Source of the DNA: Candidatus Multivoradales bacterium
Lineage (GTDB): Bacteria; Acidobacteriota; Thermoanaerobaculia; Multivoradales; JAHEKO01
Direction: 5' to 3'
Length of the DNA stretch: 64,000 nucleotides
NCBI GenBank assembly: GCA_965223855.1
Contig: CBDCXM010000002.1
Coordinates: 32,001 to 96,000 of the forward strand
The notes under the pieces were generated by a model that was not told the DNA's origin, searched no databases, and saw only the letters and a program-made list of their open reading frames with translations. Positions 19,721-27,639 of this stretch are shown here, piece after piece. The first letter of the stretch is position 1, and every line of letters begins with the position of its first letter. The position numbers were made by a program, and so were the translations under genes.

Positions 19721-20119
19721 TCAGCGTGGACGGGTCGCCTCGATCAGCGACTCCATGTGGCTGAGGTAGCGGTCGAGGGCGAGCCGCCCGGCGTCCGTCA
19801 GTGAGTACTCGGTCCGGGGTTGACGCCCCTCGAAGCGCTTCTCGCAGCGTACGTAGCCGGCCTCTTCGAGCTTCCGCGCATGAACGCTCAGATTGCCGTC
19901 GCTGGTGTCGAGCAGGCGGCGCAGCTCGGTGAACGCCATCACCGGTTGTACCGCCAGTGCGCTGAGCATGCCGATGCGGATCCGACCTGAGACCAGCCGA
20001 TCGAACGACGCCGTCTCGGCGTCGGCGAGATAGCCGGAGATCGCCTCGAGCGAACGGTCGCTCGCCGGTGCCTCGCGCGGCTGGGCGCTGGCGCTGTCCG
20101 CCCGCTTCGCCTCACCCAC
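19721..20119 (-). CDS. Winged-helix transcriptional regulator (MarR/ArsR-like)
   Basis: RIGMLSAL…FTELRRLLDTSDGNLSVHARKLEEAGYV…PRTEYSLT. Confidence 0.9.
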   Translation of the reverse strand: MGEAKRADSASAQPREAPASDRSLEAISGYLADAETASFDRLVSGRIRIGMLSALAVQPVMAFTELRRLLDTSDGNLSVHARKLEEAGYVRCEKRFEGRQPRTEYSLTDAGRLALDRYLSHMESLIEATRPR

Positions 20120-20732
20120 CGTGCTGCCTCGCGATGTAGGCGCCGAAGCCGAGGTGCAGTCCGCCGAAGCCGAATCCGAGAAGGGGGTCGGCGAACGAGG
20201 GGGGGAGTGCCAGAGCGAGGGCGCCGCACCCCAGGAAGGCGCCTCCGAGCACCTGTACGGAGGCTACCGAGAAGGCACCGCCGGCCATGATCGCGGCGCC
20301 GTAGAGCAGCAGCCAGAGGCCGGCGAGGATCGCGGGATCGGTACTTCCGAGTGCGAAGGTGAGGACACAGGCTGCGAATCCGGCCGGCAGAAGGCTCGAG
20401 ACGAAGCGACGTCCGACTCCATCCGAGAGCGGCTCGTCGCGCCCGCGCGCCTTGGTCACCATCGAGACGACGCCGATCGCTCCGGCGACGATCGCGGCGA
20501 GGAGCCAGACGGTGAGCCAGGCGTCGGCCGTCGCCTGCCGGGAGGCCAGGTAGGAGCCGAGGATGCCGACGGCGCCCATCGCCATCAACCCCTTGCCCGG
20601 CACCGAGGTGAACTGGCGAGCCGAGTCGATGGTCTCGCGGATGTAGCGCAGGTTGGCCGCGGCATGCTCGTGGAGCGCCGGGGTCCTGCCAGCGTCGACT
20701 GGCGCCCGAGGAGCTGGACTCGCGGTAGGCAT
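20112..20732 (-). CDS. Multi-pass membrane protein
   Basis: LHEHAAANLRYIRETI followed by about 6 TM segments and GFGGLH. Overlaps the wHTH start. Confidence 0.8.
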   Translation of the reverse strand: MPTASPAPRAPVDAGRTPALHEHAAANLRYIRETIDSARQFTSVPGKGLMAMGAVGILGSYLASRQATADAWLTVWLLAAIVAGAIGVVSMVTKARGRDEPLSDGVGRRFVSSLLPAGFAACVLTFALGSTDPAILAGLWLLLYGAAIMAGGAFSVASVQVLGGAFLGCGALALALPPSFADPLLGFGFGGLHLGFGAYIARQHGG

Positions 20733-20766
20733 CTCGGAGACCCTAACCGATCTCTGTCGGTTCAAC

Positions 20767-20787
20767 AAGTACTTTGCTTCTGAAAGA
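20767..20787. promoter_or_regulatory. Second putative operator upstream of the membrane protein-wHTH-uppS unit
   Basis: AAGT-ACTTTGCTTCTGAAAGA, sharing AAGTACTT…AAAG with the 19680-19700 site. Confidence 0.45.
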
Positions 20788-20824
20788 GGAGCTCTAAGCA
20801 CGAGCCGGTGGGTCGGCCGCGCGA

Positions 20825-21967
20825 TCAGCCGCCTGGAGTCGCCTCGTCGGCGGTCCGACGGGCGAGGCCCCGCAGCAGATCGTCCAGGGTCAGGGTGCCG
20901 ACGAGGGTTCCGGAATCGACCACCAGAAGGCGGGCCAGTCCGGATCGTCTCATCCTGCCGAGGGCGTCGAGGGCGTCGGTTCGGGGATCCACGGTGTTGG
21001 CGTCGGAACACGGCTCGGTCAGGGTGCCGACGCTCTGACGGTCCCACTCGGTGCGCGAGAGGCGGTAGGCGCTCTGTGCCGACACCAGCCCGACGAGCCT
21101 CTGATCGTCGACCACCGGGAAGCTCGCCGACTGCTGGCCCTGCGCGTAGACCGACATCATCTCGGAGATCGAGATGTGCCGCGGCACGACGACCGGATCG
21201 GGCCGCATGAAGCTGCCGACTCTCTCGCCGGCGAGCACCTGCCGCCACACGGTCTGCTGATACGAGGAGCGCGCGGCGTTGCGGACGAAGAAGCCGATGA
21301 GCACGTACCAGATGCCGGCGGCAATCGATCCGGTGGAGACGATCCTCAGGACGCCGATGCCGATCAGACCGTACGCGAACCCCTGGCCGATCACGCTGCT
21401 GACGCGGGTTGCCGAGAGCAGGTCCTTGCGCCACCACCACAGGACCGATCGCAGCATCCGTCCGCCGTCGAGCGGGAAGGCCGGCAGCAGGTTGAAAATC
21501 GCCAGTACGAGGTTCATCCTGCAGACCCACGAGATCGCCATCGACAGTTCGACTCCGCCGCCGATTGCGATGACAGCACCGGCCAGCACCCCCGCGGCCA
21601 GAGCGACCATCAGGCTGGCGACGGGCCCGGCGGCGGCGATCACGAACTCGGCGGCGGGCGTGGGCGGTTCGTCTTCGAGCTCTGCGATTCCACCGAAGAT
21701 GAAGAGCGTGATGCGGCGGGTTGCGACTCCGTACTGGCGGGCGACCAGTGCGTGAGCGAGTTCGTGGAGAAGCACCGAGGCGAAGAGGCCGAACGCCGAT
21801 ACGGCGGCCATCGCCCAGGCCGTGCGGGTCGAGATCCCAGACATCACCCGCGGGAACTCTCCCTCGGCGAGCGCGAAGGTAAGCACCGCCGCGACGATCA
21901 GCCAGCTCAGATCGAAACCGATCGAGATGCCGAACCACCGGAACAGGTGGACCCGCCCGGTTCTCAT
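20825..21967 (-). CDS. Site-2 protease (M50) with CBS domains
   Basis: LLHELAH, AGP, FNLLPAFPLDGGR and a C-terminal CBS pair. Confidence 0.93.
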   Translation of the reverse strand: MRTGRVHLFRWFGISIGFDLSWLIVAAVLTFALAEGEFPRVMSGISTRTAWAMAAVSAFGLFASVLLHELAHALVARQYGVATRRITLFIFGGIAELEDEPPTPAAEFVIAAAGPVASLMVALAAGVLAGAVIAIGGGVELSMAISWVCRMNLVLAIFNLLPAFPLDGGRMLRSVLWWWRKDLLSATRVSSVIGQGFAYGLIGIGVLRIVSTGSIAAGIWYVLIGFFVRNAARSSYQQTVWRQVLAGERVGSFMRPDPVVVPRHISISEMMSVYAQGQQSASFPVVDDQRLVGLVSAQSAYRLSRTEWDRQSVGTLTEPCSDANTVDPRTDALDALGRMRRSGLARLLVVDSGTLVGTLTLDDLLRGLARRTADEATPGG

Positions 21968-22008
21968 GCGCCTCCTGCCCTCACTCCGTTGGCCGTTCCC
22001 GGATCGAC

Positions 22009-22227
22009 TCAGACGTCGAAGACCCGTTCCCTCTGGGAGGGCATGACGAGCCAGAGGATGAGGTAGACGAGAATGCCCGGAAAGGCGGCGGAGAGCACCG
22101 AGCCGACGACGTAGAGCACTCGCACGGTGGTCGGCCTCCAGCCCAGGAAATCGGCCAGTCCGCCGCAGACACCGGCGAGAATGCGGTGGTCGGCAGAGCG
22201 GGTGAGTCCGTTGCGTCGCATGGTCAT
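22009..22227 (-). CDS. PspC-domain protein
   Basis: LTRS…ILAGVCGGLA…VRVLY…YLILWLVMP. Confidence 0.9.
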   Translation of the reverse strand: MTMRRNGLTRSADHRILAGVCGGLADFLGWRPTTVRVLYVVGSVLSAAFPGILVYLILWLVMPSQRERVFDV

Positions 22228-22342
22228 GGAGTTCCTCCCTGGAAGCATCCGCCATGATGGCGGAGTCCTCAGAAGAAGTACGCACCAGCGGGCGTTTTAG
22301 TTCCTGTGTGCGGCTGCGATCCGGCGATCGGCCGGGTCGACG

Positions 22343-22374
22343 AAAAAAGGCGAGAGGCCGTCGACCTCTCGCCT
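22343..22374 (-). terminator. Intrinsic terminator
   Basis: AGGCGAGAGG-N7-CCTCTCGCCT-TTTTT on the minus strand. Confidence 0.8.
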
Positions 22375-22407
22375 GCTTCGGGGGGAAATGAAGGAGGGTT
22401 CTGAAGC
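22343..22407 (-). ncRNA. Candidate small regulatory RNA with anti-SD loop
   Basis: GCUUC/GAAGC stem with a loop containing CCCUCCUU and a C-tract, followed by a 10-bp terminator stem and U-tract. It has its own promoter upstream. Confidence 0.55.
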
Positions 22408-22413
22408 TGTTGG

Positions 22414-22457
22414 AGCATAGCGACAACTGCATGATCTCTCCTGTGAAGCGAGTCACA
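22414..22457 (-). promoter_or_regulatory. CRP-type box with class II promoter
   Basis: Perfect TGTGA-N6-TCACA at 22442-22457 and a -10 TATGCT at 22419-22414 (box centre about -42). Confidence 0.65.
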
Positions 22458-22585
22458 ACTCCCGATCGCACCCGGCGATGCCACAGGGCCGGCGAGGGAC
22501 GGTTTGCTATGGTGCGCATGAGTTCACGCCGCCGGATGGTCCGTCCGAGAGGAGCCGGCGTTGCAGGTCCCGACGGAGGTCCCAG

Positions 22586-24250
22586 ATGACGAAGACGCTA
22601 GCGCTAGCCGCCCTGACCGTCCTGCTCCCGATGGGAGGGATCGCCGCCGACGATGCCGCCGACGATCCTGGAGACGGCTTCTCTCGCGCCCGAAGGCCTT
22701 CCTCGACGCTCGCACTGAGACCGACGGCCGGCAGCCTGCCGTTCGACGGTGACTGGGGGAGCCCCTCGCCCGTGCCGACGGAGCGTCGCCACTACCGGTG
22801 GGACCCCGACGAGCTGGCCGCAGCCCGCGCGGAGGCCTACGTGAACGGCGAGATCCCCGAGGGGACGCTCCCGGGCGCGCACTCGGCGGGCGCGTCGTTC
22901 GGCAGCCGCGCTCCGGCGCGAGGCCGGACGTTCGACGGCCTCAACCGGCTCAACTCCGGTCACCTCGGTTTCACCGCCTTCCCGCCGGACCCCAACGTCT
23001 CGGTGAGCGAGACGAAGATCATCCAGGCGACCAACGTCGCTCTGCGGATGACCGACCGCCGGGGCGTCGAGATCGATCTCGTCCCCCTCAACGTCTTCTT
23101 CGGCTTCGATCGCCTGAGTCTGCTGTTCGATCCCAAGGTCTTCTACGACCGCCAGTCGGGCCGCTTCTTCATCGTGGCTCTCGAGCAGGAGGAGAACCCG
23201 CGTCGGTCCGGCATCTGGATCGCCGTATCGAGGGACTCCGACCCGGCAGCTCTCCAGGCGCCCGCCAATTTCTGCACCTATCGGATGTCGGGCAACCGCG
23301 GCGGCAGCTGGGCCGACTACCCGACGATCGGGATCAACGAGGAGTGGTTCGCGATCGCGGTCAACAACTTCCGCTTCAACGACGGCGGCTTCAAGCGGGC
23401 GCATGTCTATGTGATGCCGGTCGATCGCATCACGAACAACTCGCAGGGTTGCCCGACGCTCGGGGTGAGGCGCTTCTCGCCGCCGAGAACCTCGAACGGC
23501 GACCCGATCTTCGGCTTCCACCCGGTGCAGCACTATTCGAGTGACGTCGCCAACGGCTCGCCGCTCTACCTCGTGAGCACCGCCTTCTTCCTGCCTTCCC
23601 CCGACTACACGCTGTGGCGGATCCGCAGCGGCGGCAACGGGCTGCCGATGCTGTCGCATCAGATCGTGACCGGCGACTTCTCCTACACGTTCGCCCCGAC
23701 CGCTCCCCAGCGCGGGGGAGACCTGCTCGATACCGGGGATCCGAGGATTACTCAGGCGGCCTACCGCAACGGCAAGGTGTGGTTCGCCCACGGGACCGCC
23801 TGCTCGATCGGCGCGTTGCCCAACGAGGCCTGTATCCGGGCCGTGGAAATCGATCCGTCGGCAGGCGGTGCCGCGTCGATCGGCTTCAGCGAGACCTTCG
23901 GCCAGGCCAACGCCTTTCTGTTCTGGCCCGGTATCGCGATCAATCGCAACGGTGACGTGCTCGTCGTGTCACAGCGTTCGACCGCGGGGCAGTACCTCCG
24001 GACGGTCTTCAACGGCCGCCAGGCGGGAGCCCCCGGCTTCGACTTCCTCCGAACACTCGGCAACGGCACCTGCCCGCTCGAGAACATGGCGACCGGCGCT
24101 ACCGTCAACCGGACCGGCGACTATGTCGGCCTGCAGACCGACCCTCTCGACGACGAGGGGTTCTGGTTCACCGGGGAAGCGCCCGGCAACATCGGCTCCG
24201 GCTTCGGTTGCGACTGGAAGACCAGGATCGCGCGAGCGGAGTACCAGTAG
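22586..24250 (+). CDS. Secreted beta-rich hypothetical protein (paralog A)
   Basis: GGAGG RBS and signal peptide. PPDP…QATNV, FDPKVFYD, WADYP and RTGDY motifs. Confidence 0.8.
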   Translation: MTKTLALAALTVLLPMGGIAADDAADDPGDGFSRARRPSSTLALRPTAGSLPFDGDWGSPSPVPTERRHYRWDPDELAAARAEAYVNGEIPEGTLPGAHSAGASFGSRAPARGRTFDGLNRLNSGHLGFTAFPPDPNVSVSETKIIQATNVALRMTDRRGVEIDLVPLNVFFGFDRLSLLFDPKVFYDRQSGRFFIVALEQEENPRRSGIWIAVSRDSDPAALQAPANFCTYRMSGNRGGSWADYPTIGINEEWFAIAVNNFRFNDGGFKRAHVYVMPVDRITNNSQGCPTLGVRRFSPPRTSNGDPIFGFHPVQHYSSDVANGSPLYLVSTAFFLPSPDYTLWRIRSGGNGLPMLSHQIVTGDFSYTFAPTAPQRGGDLLDTGDPRITQAAYRNGKVWFAHGTACSIGALPNEACIRAVEIDPSAGGAASIGFSETFGQANAFLFWPGIAINRNGDVLVVSQRSTAGQYLRTVFNGRQAGAPGFDFLRTLGNGTCPLENMATGATVNRTGDYVGLQTDPLDDEGFWFTGEAPGNIGSGFGCDWKTRIARAEYQ

Positions 24251-24358
24251 CGCAGCCGGAGCCCTGGAGCGGCTCGATCAGAGTCGCACCGGCACCGCAC
24301 CGACACGCCATTTCAGCAAGGCTTCACCAGGAAAGCTCCCACGGAAAGGACAGCTCTC

Positions 24359-26002
24359 ATGCGACGCACCCTCTGGATTCTCGCCCTGTCGATTGCAGGC
24401 ACCTCTCTCCCGGCCGTCGCCGAGGAGGACGGATTCGATCGCCCGCGACGCCCCGAAGGCTCGATGTATGTGCGCGCCTCCGAGGGAAGTCTGCCGGCCG
24501 ACGGAACCGAGTGGGATCTCGCCGACACCGCCGAGGAGCGCAAGCACTACCCCTGGAATCCCGAGCAGCTCGCAGCCGATCGCCTGAACGCATACTTCGA
24601 CCCCGACCTGCCCGAAGGCCGGATCGCCGGCACCGGAGGTACAGCCGGAGGCTCGGTGGCGACCAGTCGGGCGCCGGCCCGGGGAGTCACCTTCGAGGGG
24701 CTCAACGTCGAGACCGCGTCCTATCAGGGGCGGCTCGCCTTTCCTCCCGACGCGACGCTCGGAGCGAGCAGGGCGAGGGTTCTGCAGGGGTCGAACGTCG
24801 CGCTGCGACTGACGGACCGCAATGGCGTGGAGATCGATCGACAGCCGCTCAACAGCTTCTTCGGCTTCACCGGGCCCTCGCTGCTGTTCGACCCGAAGGT
24901 CTATTTCGACCGCATGTCGGAGCGCTTCTACGTCGTGGCGCTCGAGCAGGACGATTCTCCGCGCGCCTCGGGCATCTGGCTGGCGGTGTCGAAGGAGGCG
25001 AACCCGAACGCGCTGAGCGCCCCGTCGGACTTCTGCACCTATCGCATCCCGGCCAAGCGCGGCGCTTCGTGGGCCGACTATCCACTGATCGGAATGAACG
25101 AGGACTATTTCGTCGTCTCGGTCAACAACTTCCGCTTCAACGGCACCTTCCGCAAGGCGTTCATGTATGTCATGGAGGTCGAGGAACTCGTCGACAACGC
25201 GACGACCTGCCCCGGTCTGAGGATCCGCCGGTTCGGCCCGCCGACCGGCGCCAACGGAGAGCCGGCGTTCTCCATTCACCCGGCTCAGCACTACTCCGAG
25301 TGGACCGGCACCGGGCCGGCGCCCCTCTACGGCATCAGCGTCGCCTTCTTTCTCCCCTCGCCGGAGTACACGCTGTGGAAGATCGCGAAGATGAACGGTC
25401 AGCCGCGACTGACGAAGCAGTTGCTGACCGGCGACTTCGCCTACACTTTCGCACCTACGGCGCCGCAGAGGAACGGCTTCACCGACCTCGACGCCGGTGA
25501 TCCCAGGATCACCCAGGTGGCCTATCGCGACGGCAAGCTGTGGGCGGTGCACGGGACCGCCTGTTCGATCGGCGGATTGCCCAACGAGGCCTGCATCCGT
25601 GCCATCGAAGTCACGCCGGACGGTGGACCGCCGGCGATCACCTTCAGCGAGACGTTCGGGCGGCCCAACACCTTCCTCTTCTGGCCGGGGATCGCGATCA
25701 ACAAGCGGGGCGACGTCGCAATGGTCTTCCAGCGCTCGAAGCCGAACGGCTTCCTGGGCGTGGTCTTCAACGGCAAGCGGGCGAACGCCGGCGCCTTCGA
25801 CACGATGAGGAACCTGAGGATCGGCAACTGTGCGCTCACTCACGATCCGACAGCCGACGTCACACGGACGGGGGACTACGTCGGGATCCAGACCGATCCG
25901 CTCGACGACCTCGGCTTCTGGATGACGGGGGAGTACCCGGGACCGGTCCGGTCGCCGGCGATCTGCGACTGGAAGTCGTACATCGGTATCGCCAGGTACT
26001 GA
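24359..26002 (+). CDS. Secreted beta-rich hypothetical protein (paralog B)
   Basis: Signal peptide. Collinear with paralog A, sharing HGTACSIGxLPNEACIRA, FLFWPGIAIN and RTGDYVGxQTDPLDD. Confidence 0.8.
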   Translation: MRRTLWILALSIAGTSLPAVAEEDGFDRPRRPEGSMYVRASEGSLPADGTEWDLADTAEERKHYPWNPEQLAADRLNAYFDPDLPEGRIAGTGGTAGGSVATSRAPARGVTFEGLNVETASYQGRLAFPPDATLGASRARVLQGSNVALRLTDRNGVEIDRQPLNSFFGFTGPSLLFDPKVYFDRMSERFYVVALEQDDSPRASGIWLAVSKEANPNALSAPSDFCTYRIPAKRGASWADYPLIGMNEDYFVVSVNNFRFNGTFRKAFMYVMEVEELVDNATTCPGLRIRRFGPPTGANGEPAFSIHPAQHYSEWTGTGPAPLYGISVAFFLPSPEYTLWKIAKMNGQPRLTKQLLTGDFAYTFAPTAPQRNGFTDLDAGDPRITQVAYRDGKLWAVHGTACSIGGLPNEACIRAIEVTPDGGPPAITFSETFGRPNTFLFWPGIAINKRGDVAMVFQRSKPNGFLGVVFNGKRANAGAFDTMRNLRIGNCALTHDPTADVTRTGDYVGIQTDPLDDLGFWMTGEYPGPVRSPAICDWKSYIGIARY

Positions 26003-26062
26003 GTCCGTCGCCTCCCGCCGGAGTACGGTCGGGTGGGAGGCACCGATGGTGGTTCCGAAGAC

Positions 26063-27409
26063 TCAGTCGATGTAGCCGAGGTCTCTGAGCTCTTGCACCA
26101 GCTTGGCGCTCGGGTTGACCTCGGTGCCGGTCGGGGTCTCGCGAGTGGCGAGGAGCTCCTCGAAGAGGCGGAGCAGGCGGCCGACTTCGTCCGGGTGGTT
26201 GGACGAGTCGTCCCACAGCTCTCCGGGATCTTCGTCGAGGTCGAAGAGGTGCTGCTTTCGGGAGAAGGGTCTCAGGAGCTTGAAGCTGCCCTCCCGGATC
26301 GCCGACACGCGCGCCTTGTCGACCCGGTCGAGTCTGCTGAGAACCGGCAGCGTCGGCACCTGTCGGTCGCTCCACAGAGCCGCGAGGTCGATCCCCGAGA
26401 ACTGTGACGGCGAGCGCAGCCCGAGCGCCTTGAGCACCGTCGGCGCGATGTCGATGCTGCGGACGACGGCGTCGACCCGCCTTCCCGCCTCGGCGCCGGC
26501 GGGGAACTTCACGACCAGCGGCACCGACAGAAGCTCCTCGTAGAGCGAGTGCGAGTGCCAGCCGACGAAACCGTGCTCCCCGAACTCCTCTCCATGGTCG
26601 CTCGTGAAGACGACGAGGGCTTCGTCCCACAGGCCTCGAGCCTCGAGCTCTGCGACGAGCCTGCCCACGGCGACGTCGACCTCGCGGATTTCGGCGTCGT
26701 AGGTGGCGATGATGTGAGCGAGCTCTTCCTCGCCCAGCTCCTCTTCGGAGGCGTTGATCGCCTTGATGGTCTCGACGCTGATCGCGTTCGACAGCGGTCC
26801 GTCGTACTCGTGTCCGAGTTCCGCGAGTCTCTCCGGAGCGGGGTCGTAGGGGTGGTGGACCTGATAGGTGTGCAGGAAGAGGAAGAACGGCTCCTTCCCG
26901 CCTTCGTCGAGCCACTCGAGCGTGCGGTCGACCGTCGCCTCGAAGTCGTCGGCCGCCAGCACTTCGTATGCGTCGAAGCCCTGCGTCAGTCCGAAGAGGG
27001 GGTCGAGCTGGCCTCCACCGGTGAAGGCGGCCGTCGAATAGCCTGCTTCGGCGAGCACCTCCGACAGGGTGGTCGAAGCGTCGGGTAGCGCCCGCTTGTT
27101 CTCCCATGAGGCGCCATGGTGGTGCGGAACCAGGGAGGTGAGGATCGAGGCGTGGGAAGGCAGTGTCGACGGGGCGTGAGCGAACGCCTTCTCGAAGACG
27201 ACGGACTCCCGGCAGAAGGCATCGACGTTGGGGCTCGTCGCCCTCTCGTAGCCGTAGCAGCCGAGGTGGTCGGCTCGCAGGGTGTCGATCGAGATGAGCA
27301 CGACGTTGGCGCGCGCATCCGCCTCCGGCGCCCGGGTCGAGCAGCCGATGGAGAGCACGCAAAGGAGCGGCGCAAGGAGCCGGGCTGTCGAGCGCACGCT
27401 GTTCGCCAT
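26063..27409 (-). CDS. Sulfatase-like alkaline-phosphatase-superfamily lipoprotein (Thr-type)
   Basis: NVVLISIDTLRADHL, STLPSHAS, TSDHGEE and C-terminal LRDLGYI. Lipobox-like LSIGC. Confidence 0.88.
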   Translation of the reverse strand: MANSVRSTARLLAPLLCVLSIGCSTRAPEADARANVVLISIDTLRADHLGCYGYERATSPNVDAFCRESVVFEKAFAHAPSTLPSHASILTSLVPHHHGASWENKRALPDASTTLSEVLAEAGYSTAAFTGGGQLDPLFGLTQGFDAYEVLAADDFEATVDRTLEWLDEGGKEPFFLFLHTYQVHHPYDPAPERLAELGHEYDGPLSNAISVETIKAINASEEELGEEELAHIIATYDAEIREVDVAVGRLVAELEARGLWDEALVVFTSDHGEEFGEHGFVGWHSHSLYEELLSVPLVVKFPAGAEAGRRVDAVVRSIDIAPTVLKALGLRSPSQFSGIDLAALWSDRQVPTLPVLSRLDRVDKARVSAIREGSFKLLRPFSRKQHLFDLDEDPGELWDDSSNHPDEVGRLLRLFEELLATRETPTGTEVNPSAKLVQELRDLGYID

Positions 27410-27639
27410 CCGGGTCCTGTGTCGGTGCGGGTCGTCGGTGAAGCCGGGTAAGGAGGGCTCCGGGTTCCGGCACGGGTCGGTGCGGGTTCTCCGGTGCGGG
27501 TGGTGCCGGCTCGGCCGCGAGAAGCAGCGCCGAGCCGATGGCGCGCGCAGGCTAGCACAGCCTTCCCCGTCTCCCGGCGCTGGTTGCGGAGCCCTTGCTG
27601 GCGAGAGTCCCGGTGGGTTGCTACCATCGACGGCCATCG

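Noticed and set aside
21968-22433. ATG with strong RBS at 22433 in frame with the site-2 protease
   Set aside because: It lies between the CRP box and the -10, would read through a terminator and overlap pspC, and the peptide is not protein-like.
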